From: Nageia nagi
Taxonomy: Eukaryota; Plantae; Pinophyta
Assembly (NCBI GenBank): GCA_050084985.1
Contig: JBITNC010000001.1
Location: 140,182,001 to 140,246,000, forward strand
Direction of reading: 5' to 3'
Length of the DNA: 64,000 bases
Shown one piece after another: positions 1-13,141 of this stretch (positions within the stretch are counted from its first letter, which is position 1; every line of letters starts with the position of its first letter). Below the pieces are notes generated by a model that had not been told where the DNA came from, made no database searches, and worked only from the letters and a program-made list of their open reading frames with translations. A program made the position numbers and the translations under genes.

Positions 1-1856
1 CAAAATAATAGTTGAACCATATGGAGAGGTTCTTGGTATAATCACAACTTGATCCATTAGTTCTTAAATCTAACACTTGGTCTCTTCACACTCCAAAATT
101 GAATACCCATAGAGTCCTATATTTGAAAGAGGTTCATTAGGTAATAATTGAATCTCATGTTGGATTTCTCATTTTGATGGTAGTCCTTTAGACTTAGCAA
201 ATACTTCTCAAAACTCATGAATAAGCATTTTCACCTTAGCTTCTTAATCAAATGACATTGATAATGTGGGAGTTGCAAAGTACAATGCAAACATAATCCA
301 AACTTTAGAAATATTAGTGAAAGATCTAAGAATCAACATGATAAAATCTTTCTTTCATTAATTAGTCATTTCAATAGGATGGCTATCACTAACAAAATTC
401 ATTTCTTACTTTTATGGACATAAATATAATAGGCTATTCCATTTTTAATCATCCTATACTAATTCCTCCTTTTGAATTAAATGGAATCTCTATTCCATAA
501 ATAAGGATTTCCAAACATAATACCATATATGTCTAAATATACCATATATACAACTTCATAAATTTTCATTAATAGAAAACTTTAACTTAAATTCTTAGTG
601 ACTTCTAACTTGGCATCATTATGCACCCATCCTAAAGGATATGGATGAGGATAGTTGTAGGTATTAAATCCCAACTTGTTCACTAAACTTTCAGTAATAA
701 GATTAGCTTGTGATCATGCATCAATGATAAAATTAATTTTGGTCTTCTTAGCTTGAATGTTGATATAAAATAATTATATCTTATTCTCCTCTATATCATT
801 GGAGTCCTAAACTATTTGTACTTCTACACAATTAAGTTTCTCATCTACCTCAAAACTATCTTCAACATCCTCACTCTTGGTGATCATAATTTTTTATTTT
901 TATTTTCTTGATTATTCTTCTTTATGTAAGGATACAACTCCAAATGAAACTTCCAACACTTATCATCAACATGATCATCCTTATCACAATTTGAATAATA
1001 CCTTTTTATTTTTATCTTTCTTTTTTGTGTTAGTGGTCTTCTTATCTTGTTGTTTTCCCTTACCCTTGTCCTGAGATTTTCCCTTCTCTTGTTGACTCTT
1101 TTGATTTATTTTAGGTTTCCCCATATTGTCTAAGTTTCCCAACTTCTTTTAAATATAGATCTTGCATACTCACTTGGTCAAGATTTTATGAATTAAACAA
1201 CATTATAGCCTTCCTTAAATTACTATGTAATCCTCTAACCTATTTCATTAGCACTTGTGGATCTTTAAGAGAGATACCAAGCAAGGTAACTTGTTCTTAG
1301 AGTATATTCATGAATTCCTTAATGAAGAGATATGTGATTGGTTATCATGTTTAAGGGGTTCCATATGTATTTGCAACCAAATTAAAACATGTTGACCCAT
1401 TTTAACTATTACAAAAGAGATCATTTTTTCTACATTAACCACACCTTGGATTTGGAAATATACCTCTATTTGCTTCATCCACTTATTTATCTTCTCAACA
1501 TCAACTTCTCCTCCAAATGGAGGGATGTATACCTTGGTATCTACTTTGAAAGGAATTGAAGAAGAAACTAATGAAGGACCAATACTATCCAGATTACTTT
1601 CCTAATTCAAAATGGACTATCTTCCAAGAATCATATCTATGATTCGAGCCATATTATTCTCCATTACAATGAATTTCCTTTTAAATTATTCCTCAAACAT
1701 TATTAGTCTTGACTACTCTTAATCTTCTCTTTCCATGCAAGTATATCTTTCCATTCTTCCAATTTTTGGGTTAAATGGAAATAACTCAAATATTTTAGAT
1801 CTTCCACCTCACATACATAATCCTCAAATAAACACCAACCTAGTTCTCTAATACCA
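1..1856 (-). mobile_element. Degenerate Ty3/gypsy (chromovirus/CRM-like) internal region: PBS, gag, protease, start of RT; runs off the window start
   Basis: Minus-strand translations: gag-like FKVDTKVYIPPFGGEVDVEKINKWMKQIEVYF (~1455-1550); protease-like LIIDA*SQANLITESLVNKLGF..YPHPYPLGW (~625-735); RT N-terminus ELMDQVVIIPRTSPYGSTIIL (1-63). PBS TGGTATTAGAG (Met-iCAT type) at 1846-1856. Many stops and frameshifts. Confidence 0.85.
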
Positions 1857-1858
1857 CA

Positions 1859-2107
1859 TGATTTGTAATTACCTAAAGCCTATGTAATATACATTACTAA
1901 AAGGAAATGACATAAATAGTTGTAATGGAGATCTCAAACACATATATATTAGATACAAATATTTATAATGGTTCTCTTTAATGTGAAAATACATCCATTT
2001 ATAATAGGGATCTAATTTTTGAATTGGAAAAAAAAGAATTACAACACTTCTCAAATAGTTTGCAACACTTCTCAACCCACTCTATTAGTATCCAAATGGT
2101 ATCAAGC
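1859..2107 (+). mobile_element. Short LTR-like segment followed by a Met-type PBS (5' end of another LTR element)
   Basis: Starts with TG, has a TATA-like TTTATAATAAGGG at ~1998, ends TATCCA at 2094, then AA-TGGTATCAAG at 2097-2106. No partner LTR found. Confidence 0.4.
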
Positions 2108-3109
2108 ATGACCAATGGCTCAAGAACATTTCTAACATGTTAAATTATAATCAACAACATAATAATCATAACTACATGAGGTTATAGCTTTAAATCAATG
2201 TATATTCACTCATAAACTAGCTATCCAACTCCCATAAATGACCCAAACTATTTCCACATCCCACTTTACAAATCCAAATCCAACAAAATTAATAAAATAA
2301 AAAGTATGGAGGTATCGAATAGATAATTTCCTTCACATAGATCCATATGATAAAATTCTAATCAAATATACCAAAAATTAAGCATGAAGATTCCTAGTAC
2401 TAATCTTCACTTTAAGAATATAATTTCCAAAATAGACTTGTTGATCTGAATAGTGCAAGATGTAGCAATTCGGGACTAGATGAACCAATGATTCTTGGAT
2501 GGGATTATTTTACCTGGACCAATCTTGAGTTTTTAGATAGTACAATGCATGTTAGAGTAATTTTTGTAGACATCTTTCACCCATTAAACCATATCCCCAT
2601 AGATAGAGTGAACATTTATCTAGGAATGTTGTCTCATAAACCCCCAGTTTAGAGAACATAAGAAACCATGGACCTCAGTTTATCATCCCATAGATAGAGA
2701 AATAAATCCTTTAGGAGAGTTATCCCCTAGATATAGACACATTCCTAATCAAGGTTTGCAAACCCATTTCTCAGGATGGAGCCTTATCCATTAGGCATGG
2801 AGAGTCATTTAATAAGGTTAAGAGATGTAGGAAAGAGACAAAAGGTGAAGAGGTACTAGAAAAAAGGTAAGAGTGGAGCACATGACCAACCCAAGCTTCT
2901 AGTTGATCAAACCAAAACTATAGGAAGGGAACACAATTCACAATCATAAATTCATGCAAGATCTCATATCTATGATAAGAGATTAGGTGCAATAGTCATA
3001 AATGTTTCAACCACCACCATCAAGTATATAAGAAAAGTCTATCATACTCAATTTTAATCATAACAATACAACTCTCAAATGATTAGGCCAAAAAAATACA
3101 AATGTTTGA

Positions 3110-5165
3110 AATTCCTCATGACATTATATGCCTAACCACATGACATATGTTGTTTCCAAATATGATCCCCTATGATATATGATGAACAAGACATATCACA
3201 ACAACATGACTACTAAATGGATCATGCTCCTCATAGAATTTGAATTGCAATTTATCAATCAAAAATCCATTAAAGGTAAAATCATCATAGATCAACTTAT
3301 AGAAGCACCATTATTTATTTACAAGCCTCTCATCATAAAACTCCTCGATCAAAATATTTTCCATCTAGAGAAGGAGGAAGCTCATGTTGATTCAAAGGAT
3401 GACTAGGATATGATAATTTACTTTAATGGTTCCTATTGTGAGAAAGGGAGAGGAATTAGTGTTATCTTTGTTACACCATAAGGATTATTCATTCCTTATT
3501 CATTCAAGTTAGCCTTTGCATGCACCAATAACAACATTGAATATGAGGCCTTAGTATTTGCACTTCAAATTACTTAAAAATTAAAACTAAAAAAGATTAA
3601 TCTCATCGATGATTCCTTGCTAGTTGTCAACCAAATAAAATAGGTTTATCAATGTAAGGAACCATGATTGCAACATTATAAAAAAATATTTACCCAATTA
3701 TTATAAATATTTGACAAATATGAAATTGATGCAAGGTCTCAATCAACAAATTGATTTGTAGATATTATGGCTTCTCTAGGTTCCCTGATTCCATCAGATC
3801 CAAATAGAAAGCTCCTTCATGTGGAAGTTTTACAAATAATTAGGTCATTAATAAATTAAATAAAAATAACAATGAAGTGTTTCATGTTACAGAAGAAGCT
3901 CAAGATACATGGTATACTCAAGTGATTGATTTTCTCAAATGTGGGTTGCTTCTTAACAATATGTCATTCTCAACCAAACGATCCCTCAATACCAAGACCT
4001 CTTACTATTGCATCCTTAGGTATATCTCATATAAAAGAAGCTATAATGGAATATTTCTCTATTTTTTAGAGAATGTTGATACTCAAATTGTTATATCATC
4101 AGCTAATGATGGTACTTGTGGAGGCCATTTCAATGGGCTTGCAATTGCAAAGAGATTGACGCGCACATGATACTATTAACCAACTATTGAATAAGATTAT
4201 ATTAAGTATGTAAAGAGAGTTATTAAATTTCAACAACATAATAATCTAACATATCAGCTATCTCAAGCCCTATAGTCCATGCAATCTCTATGGCCATTTT
4301 CTTGCTAGGGTCTTGACCTAATTGAAAATATTTCTCCCCATTCGTTTAGGTGACACAAGTTCATCATCACTACTACAAAATATTTCACCAAATGGGATGA
4401 GGTTGCTCCACTCATATCTATCATAAGTCCTAAGATTATTAAATTCATTGAGAATCATATCATTTGTCGATTTGACATTCTAACACAAATCATCTCTGAT
4501 AATAATACTTCATTTAAGAATAAGGATGTTAGAAAGTTTTGTTATTCATATCATATTAATAATAGTTTTTCTAAACCTTAATTTCCAAAAAATGGTCAAG
4601 CTAAGGCCACTGATAAAATGTTCACCAAATCTTACTCAAAATTATTAGCCAATCCCATCATGATTGACATATTAAAATTCCTCATGCTCTATGGGTGTAC
4701 TGAACCAATATCCAAACACCTATAGGTGCTATACCTTTCTCTTTGGTCTACAATACATACGCTATAACATAATTAGAATTATAAATCCCTTCTCTTAAGA
4801 TATCTCTTCAAGAATTCATTATTGATGAAGATACTATACAATCCCATTTTGATCAATTAACGCTCCTCTATGAGCATCAAGTCAATTATCTTGAACAATC
4901 CCAAGTGTACCAAAGTTGTATCAACTGAGCATTTGATAAAAACATCAAAACTTGAGAATTACAAATTAGTGATCTTGTTCTTAAAGAAAACCAACAAACC
5001 TCACACCTAGAGCATCAATTTCATGACAAGTTCACTCCAAATTGGTTGCGTAACTACATTGTTAAACACAAATTTGGATCTAGGGAATATTATCAAGCCA
5101 AATTGGAAGGTGTAAAAGAAGCAAAACTAATCAATATTTCTCATCTTTGGGACTTTCATTCTTAG
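3110..5165 (+). pseudogene. Decayed pol 3' half (RNase H, aRH, integrase) of the Tat/Ogre element
   Basis: ORF fragments 3179..3406 and 3877..4170, plus motifs recognisable across stops and frameshifts. Confidence 0.88.
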
Positions 5166-5269
5166 CTTGATTTTCCTATATATATTCTATCATCAAAACT
5201 ACAAAAAATATTAAAAAAAAAAACCAAATATCTTCAAAAATACTTAAGGAAAAAAAAAGCCCCAAAAAG

Positions 5270-5510
5270 AAACTTCTATGGTTATGCTTACAACATTTAA
5301 AAGCAAACTTTCAGGTTATTCTTACAACCTCAAAAAATAACCTATACAGTTATGCTTTCAATCCCAAAAAAGCAAACTTTATTTTTATGCTTATAGCCTC
5401 CAAAATGCAAACTTCATAGGTTTTGCTTGCCATCTTGAAAAGAAAATATCATGGTTATGCCTACAACCTTTAAAAAGACAATTTCATCATGGTTATGCTT
5501 ATAGCTTAAA
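5270..5510 (+). repeat. Degenerate tandem array, ~35-bp unit (AAACTT-ATGGTTATGCTTACAACC-A-rich), ~7 copies
   Basis: Recurring GGTTATGCTTACAAC variants just downstream of the integrase stop. Confidence 0.8.
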
Positions 5511-8500
5511 AGTGATTAGATTCATTGGTTGTACAATTCAAATAATTAATCTTTGCTTGAATTGGTTGAAGTATTACATCCTTGGCTACTTAGTTTTTAA
5601 TCGATTAAAATGGACTTCAAACTTAAAAATATCAAACTATGTTTGTTCCATGCACTTGATCAAATTGAGAAGTCTACATAAAAATATTGATCAATGATGT
5701 TACCTTCTCATTCATCTCATTCTATATCATACCCCTTAAAAGGTTCATATCCATCTTCCTATTTTGCTTCACATAGTTTTCATCAAATAAAGAAGTTTTG
5801 GTTGGATTTACTTCTTTGGGAGCCTATTATATCTTGAAGATCGGTAATAATCAGAAACCCAACCTATACCCTTGATGAAATTCAAAGTAGCTACATGATA
5901 TGTACCTATCATTCCCATATCCTTCATCACCATACATTTCTATTTATGAGATCCTTGGGAGTTATACTTCCAAAAAATAAAAAGAAAAATAAAAGAGCGA
6001 AAAGAAAAATCCAAACATCCATATCTCATATTCTATAATCTATTACATAAAAAAAAAAGCAAAAGAAGATGAAGAAAGAGTAACCATTACTTTCTTTATC
6101 CACTAAATTGACCTTGAAGTGAGGAAGACATGGGGAATCAAAGATAAAGAGTATTCCATTAATCTAATCCGATGAAATGCTTTTCATACTGATTAGCTTT
6201 CACATCTTATCAATAAAAGTATTTCACAATGTATTCCCCATGAAAGCTTACCACATCAATTAGCTTTCATATGTTCCTCATCCAATGCTTGTTCATGCAT
6301 TTATTTGGTCCAAGTCAAGACTAGGGGAAGGTCAAACAAAGTTATCTCCTTTGAGGATTTAGAAAAGTGGCACCATAAATGAAACCACCATCCAAAAATT
6401 TCAATTCTATCTTCACTTCACATATGCACACAATACCCCTCTAGCAATTCACTCTTCATTACTGTCATTTTGCCTTAATATTTGATCATTAAGTTTAAGT
6501 GTGTTGTCTAAAGAAATGAAATCTTGGGTATAGGCCAATGTTTGGTTTCACATCAAAATAAATCAAATAATATCTTACACTATTTTAACCAAGTATAATT
6601 GCAGTCAAGGATGCACATATATTGATCAATTCAAATTTAGCACACATTTTTCAAAAATGTTGGAATTAATTTTTATTTCAAGACACAAAAAGAGACCCAT
6701 ATTCAAGTGTAAATACATCATTTTATTCATTGCAATGTATATACATTAATCTATTTATAACATAAAAAATAAATAAAAAATAACACATGTCCAAATTTGC
6801 CCTCTTCATTTGAGTCATCTTTGTTGTGTATCTTGACCTTCTTCTTTGTAAATCAAGGATTTTTTTTCCTATTTCCATTATTTCTCTCATGTCCTATAGA
6901 ATGAAAATCACATAGGTATGAAGAACACTCTCATACATATACACTTTCTCTTTCCACCTATCCTTTATTTGTCACATAGAATAAAGGCATACCTAACTTC
7001 ATGCTTCATCTTCTTCTCTATATCCTTCACCTGTTTCTCTCACTTCTCCTTCTTTGTTGGTAATTCATTTCACTTTTCCATTAATTCTTCCCATTAATTC
7101 ACACATACACCCTTCTTCCTCTTTAGTATATCATATTTTACCACCATCGTTGCCTCCTTTATTTGTGCAACTACCAATTCTTGGTGCAAACAATCATTTT
7201 CTAACTTTGCGCACAACTCTAATCCCTCGCCAATATTCATAGGAATACTCTCCACACTTCCACTTCCTTCTCCCCTATTTTCACCACTTACTTCCCCATG
7301 GGCATGGCCTATCTCTACATAATCATTTCTTAATAAATATTTTGTTCACTTCATTATCACTCATTCTATCGTTCATCTCACAACCCTTTCTAGTTCTTCC
7401 ACTAATATGCCTAGTACATTTATTTTCTCCTTTATTCATGAACATGTCACTTCCATTAGGTCCATCACATCATTTCATTTTATTCTATTATATAACCTAT
7501 TATTATATTATTTTCTTATCTCAATGATTTCATTCAATAATGCTCTCCTCTACATCATCCACTATCTTCCAACTCCCTTCATTCACATCCTACACTTTTC
7601 ATTACACTTTCCATCCTAACCATTTGGGTTGTTAAATATCCATAGCTTCTATTTTTCTATGTGATAAAAGGTGATAAATTTATTAACCTCTCACACAAAA
7701 ATCAAAATTGACTTTGGTATCCCATTTTTTTAGTCTAAATTCATTAAATGATATCAAGAATTACAAGAACTAGAAAATGCTCTACACATGCATATGGAAG
7801 TCGACTATGAAATAGTCATTAAGAAGTTCATCTTATAATTCCTATTCATGTTTCACTTACGCATCCTATACACTAAGGTGGAATTGGTATTAAAACATTA
7901 TTGAATGAGATTATCAATTATTCACACTCGGGTGGAACTCAATTGAAAAAATCATTCGTTGGATGATGTAATTATCATGGTTAAGTGTTCGTTCTACACA
8001 TTAATGAAAGTCTTGACTTTAAACCTATTACCCCCATAATCCTATTCCCTCATGCCTCATTTACAATCTTGAAACTAGGGCCATCATCACCTTTCTCATT
8101 TGCATCCCATCACCATTCTTAGGAAGAGAATAATTATCATTTACCTAATCCTCCAGCTGTATTTCGATGATAAATTTTCCTCTTTATAAGTACCCCATAC
8201 TTTCCAAGAATAATCACCTTTTCCTAGCCTCACCCTTTCTATATTCATCATTATCCTAGTCATATCTCTATTTATATCATTACATGTTTGTTTGCTTCTT
8301 CCTCCTCTCCAATAGTCATCTCACCCCATAACATGACTCTCATTAAGTGATGTCACATAATCATTCACATTGGATACAAAACAAATCTCTTCACTACTAT
8401 TGCATGCGCTCATTATGATCTTATCATCACCCTCATATCATTCACATGATCATTTCTTTTTATTGACTTTTTTATTATTTCTTTTGTACCATACATCCCA

Positions 8501-10239
8501 TAATATTTTAACCAAAATTTGACATGAGATTTCTATCTGTGTACATCCTTCATCCCAATGATACATCATGTACAATCATCATTCATCTACCCACTCTTAT
8601 TTTATATCTACATTTGTTATTGTTTTAATTATATCACCTTTACATTTATGTCCCTCCAATTGCATATATTTTTATGATCTTCCACATTCATCATGACTAG
8701 GATATATTTTCTCCACCTCACTTCATGGATTTATCATGCTTCCATACTCTTCCAATTGATTTATAGGATAATATTCACCATCATGTAATTCAAACCCTTA
8801 ATCCAATGTTTTTTCATTTCCTCTATGGCTCTTTTACAATAACTTACATTTTTTCAACTTTATGATAATGATCATTTTAGCATCTACATGATTTATCATC
8901 TCAATCACAACAATCATCTTCACATTTACATTCATTTTCTCAATCAACCTCACTATACATGGTGCCTCATGCTATACACTATGTTTAATGAATACCTTTT
9001 GTAGCTTGTACAATATGATGGTCCACTAGCTTTACATCCTCATGACTACTTTGAACCATCAACAATAGCTTAGGCGATTCAACAATATGACTAATAGTAG
9101 CACAACACTTACTCTTTTTTATTTTCTTGGCAACACATATCAGGTTCTTTGCCATAAGTTTTCAATTTTCTATCATTTTCCACCACTTACACATCATATG
9201 ATCTTGTAGGAACTTAATATGTCAAAAACTAGTGCCTCCTAGTCTAAAACTAGCTCTTCTCATTCTAGTGCTCTTTCACTAAATCAAGAGTTAGGAATAT
9301 AATAAATGCTACCCACCTAAGCTTGTTAATGGGAATATTTCTTGTTATTATTAATTTGGATCTTATCATATTCACCCATGTGTACCAATTCATGATCATA
9401 TGAGTACAACTGCATTGTTCTCTTCATCTCCATCGATAGTTTTCAAATTAATCCCCACCCTCCATTCTTAGCTACATCACCTTCATCGATTGTAAGAACT
9501 CATAGCAAGTTTCAAACCTTTACCTATTTTATTCCACCTATTATTTCTCTCCACTTACATCCTCATGGACATGTCTCTCTTTCATGGTCTTCCCTTCAAC
9601 CTTCAAGAATATATCCTCCATTGAATCATTTGTAATCGTCTAGTTCGACTTGCATGTCTCACTCTAGAAACTATTATGCACCAACATCTAGTGAGGAAAC
9701 AATTTTCTCATGTACCTCACCATTGGGTAGTCTATGTCATAAACCACATGGAGTACATAGATAACCTTTGCTTACTTCTACAAATTTTCACTCAACCCAG
9801 TTGGATATGGAAGATCATCTTCTATTGTACACATAATTCTTGGATTCTTCAATTCCTCTATTACATTGGTCCCATTGCATTGCACCCATAAGAGTACTAT
9901 CATCATTTCATTATGGTATATACCTTTTGGTGATGCAATCTTCATTAGGAATCCACATTCTCATTGCAACTAATCAGATACCATAGTCATTGGACATTTA
10001 TCTCATTGTTCTCAATCACTTGTCATTTTGCACCAATAATGTGTAATGCTTTGTTCAACAGGCCAAGAACATATTTTTGCAATCTAGAGAGTTCAAAATC
10101 TAGCTCTCCCAATAATAATTCTAACACCATTACATGATCTTGGTTTTTCCTATCGTATTACTATCCACTTGGGCATGTTAATGGAAACTTCATTTTACGC
10201 TATACATAATATTAATACATGCTTTTGTTGCTTTAATTG

Positions 10240-10365
10240 TAAAAAAAATATGTTTATGCTTCCAACCCAAAAACACGCACACATGCTTATGCTTCCTGCT
10301 CAAAAGAAAACACACATGGTCATGCTTACAACCAACAAACAAACATATTTGGTTATACTTACTAA
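10240..10365 (+). repeat. Second array of the same ~35-bp ATGGTTATGCTTACAACC unit, ~4 copies
   Basis: ATGTTTATGCTTCCAACC / ATGCTTATGCTTCCTGC / ATGGTCATGCTTACAACC / TTGGTTATACTTAC; this explains the repetitive ORF 10169..10441. Confidence 0.75.
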
Positions 10366-11461
10366 AAAAAAGGAGAAAAACATCCAAAACAAAACCATAA
10401 ATATACATGCCTCTTTTTACACTATTCATCCCACTCCATAATCTTTTAGCCCACATGTATCATCTTCTTATCCAAATTCCCCTTTTATTACATCCAATTC
10501 ATTCTTGTGATAACTAGGATTATTTCCATCTAAGGGCCTTACACTATCTAATGAGGATGTGTACACGCACCAGTTAGATAGAACCTAGTTCCAATATCCA
10601 CCTCTTTTTCTTCACTTTGTTGTCCCACCCTATTTATTTTTTCTTTCTTCCTTTCACATGTTCTCTTCATTCTTTTATCCCATATTTATCATACAACATC
10701 CCCTAGTCGAATTTCTATACTATCTTTCCACTCATATTTGATTTTCTTGATTTCCTCAATTTTTTTACTCCTCATCCCCTTCATCTTCCTTTACATATGT
10801 ACAAAAATTTACTAAAAAAATTAAACAAAATTGATTTATACCACATGTACCATACTCCACACCATGCACCCTCTTTATTAGACTTACATCATTTCTAAGG
10901 TGAATCGGATGGTCTTCCACTACAAGCCATACATTGTCTAATCACGATGACATAGGCTCCCATAGTGGTACACCATCCAAATTCACCCCTGCCACCTTTT
11001 TATTATTGCACTCACTTATGATTTTATCCCACATGCTTTATATTTCATATCATTCTTCCATTTTTATGTTACTCCTCGATTTTATGTGATTGAGCATTTT
11101 TGGCTCTCTCATGGAAGTCGAACACTTCCTTGAGAAAGATACTAAAGCTTTTCCTCCATCATTTTCTTGCTTATTTATTTTAACATAGAAATTATTTATG
11201 ATCACTTATTTTATATCTCTAAAATATTCAATCTCTTTATATAAATATACAAACATACAAAAAAAAAACATGAAAAAAATAAAACAACAACCTAATTAAA
11301 AAAATCTCAACCTTGACACATGGCCACACCTCATTACATTGACATCTTTCACTATTTTCTTCACTACTTACTATCATCATTCCTCCATATTTCATCTTTT
11401 TACTCCTCTTGTCAATCATCTTCATTGTCATCCTTGTATGCCACCTCGACATTTGAAGGGT

Positions 11462-13020
11462 AGTATTTTACACCTATCCTTTGAAAACATTCAATTTCAA
11501 AATTCTTGATGTTTATAATGATTTTTTCAAAAGATTATCATTAACCCACTTTTGTTGAAGTAAAAGTAAGATCACCCAATCAAATCTTGGATCATCTTGA
11601 GAGTTGCTTGGGCTGTATACATGCTAGTGGAAATGATAAGCCCACAACAACAATATCCACAAAACAATCTATATCTACTCAAGAATCCAACCAAGCTCAA
11701 AATTATCATCGACTACAAATTCAAAAGAAACCATACCCTTTTAGGATTGAGGCAATTATGATTATCCATAATTAGAATCAGGTCATAAGCTTCCCTATCA
11801 AATATTACCTACAACTATTGAACACTGGCACTTAGTTGAATCCATTATCAATGTCTACTACTTTTTGAACTTCCTTCCATCTTCATTATTATACTGTTCA
11901 AAAAGGGAAAAATATAAAAACCTAATATGGGCACATTTACTACTAATTTTAAAAAAATTAAGACATTTATATTGAAATGCCTAATTCCACCTCACCTAGC
12001 AAACTCATGAGGTCAAACTAGTGCCATGTCACACTACCTGATCCACATGGCTCACAAATCATATCATTGGTCCCACATAGCTCTCAAGCCATATCATTGA
12101 TCCCACATAGCTCTCAAGCCATGCCATTGGTTCCACATAGCTATCAAGTCATGCCATTGGTCCCACATGTCACAAAATTCCTCCCATATATCACACAAGT
12201 TCCAAATAATCCCAACATATTCCACATGGCTTCAACAATAACTTTGTAGGGCCTACATGGCTCTTAAATAATCTTGTAGGACCTACATGGGCCCCAATTC
12301 ATCTTGTAGAACCCACACATCCCCCATGTCAAATTCACCACCAACCTTCATATGCGATCTAATTCAATTTCAAACATTACTTACATCTATGTTGAAAAAT
12401 GGATTAAAACACAATAAAATATTCATGTCAAGATGTCAAAATAGGCCTATAAATATGAGACCTCTTTTGTGAAAAAATCATTAGAAGGTTGCATTAGATT
12501 TTGAATTTAGAGTTTGGTTAGAAATTTGTGAGAAAGACATTAGGGTTTCATTAGATTTGGAGTAGAGTTCGATGAGATCTTGAATTGGACTTTCATGAGG
12601 ATATTACATTAGGCTCTTAGAGATTATAAATTCATATTAAAGAATTAGCATTCATGGAGAAACTCCCTTAATGTTATATTGCTCATATTGTTTCATGCTA
12701 TCAACTATGTTTATGTTGGATTTATGCACTACCATATTAATGTGTTCAAGTGTGTTTCTAAGTACGATATAACAAATTACAATCAAGATCATTGAAGCTC
12801 AATCAAAACCATAAGCACTTCATCAACATCAAAAGTAAATTCTTATCATATTATCCTGTATTTTCCATGTTAAGGACATAAGAATTGTAACATTATGCTC
12901 AAGATAGAATTGTAACACAAATTGACAATCCAAAGAGCATTATTTGATATGGCATTCAAGTGTATTAATTAGTATAATATTTTATGATTATTTACTAATT
13001 ATGCATGCTTGACAAATACA
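11462..13020 (+). repeat. 3' LTR (~1.55 kb) of the Tat/Ogre element
   Basis: Follows the purine tract; CTATAAATA at ~12447; ends CA at 13020. Left boundary approximate; no second copy in the window. Confidence 0.6.
12030..12310 (+). repeat. 30-bp minisatellite inside the LTR (CCACATAGCTCTCAAGCCATATCATTGGTC)
   Basis: About 4 good and several degenerate copies; produces the 10-aa periodic ORF 12067..12249. Confidence 0.85.
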
Positions 13021-13141
13021 TTTGAATGTTTACAACTCTTAATTAAGGTTCTCTTGTCAAAAGTAATTTGAATCTCATTTATTATGGCCTATTATGTCTC
13101 CTTAAGATGCTCCTTATTTGAACATCAACCATGTTTGAATT
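13021..13141 (-). mobile_element. Distal piece of the LINE (end of ORF1), separated from the rest by copia A
   Basis: Joining across the CAAGT TSD makes it contiguous with 26218+. Minus strand reads ..MVDVQIRSILRRHNRP*, a basic tail like a LINE ORF1 C-terminus. Confidence 0.5.

Larger units (their letters stand above)
3110..13020 (+). mobile_element. 5'-truncated Ty3/gypsy Tat/Ogre-type element: RH-aRH-INT, ~6.3 kb 3' region, PPT, 3' LTR
   Basis: RH C-terminus KWIMLLIEFELQFINQKSIKG (ORF 3179). Archaeal-type RNase H IYFNGS..CTNNNIEYEAL..DSLLVVNQ (3410-3800). Integrase from GTCGGHFNG through WPFSC*GLDLI, ISDNNTSF, NGQAKA and FTPNW, ending ~5165. Purine tract GAAGGG at 11455-11460, then LTR-like sequence ending AATACA at 13020 against LINE sequence. 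Confidence 0.8.

Noticed and set aside
10548-10585. CTAATGAG as a decayed hammerhead CUGAUGAG core
   Set aside because: No GAAA after a helix II, and the motif lies within another stem.
11113-11129. GTTCGA (minus strand) in a hairpin as a tRNA T-arm or B-box
   Set aside because: Loop register is wrong and there is no cloverleaf or A-box.
12067-12249. ORF with 10-aa repeats (VPHSSQAISL)
   Set aside because: Translation of a 30-bp LTR minisatellite.
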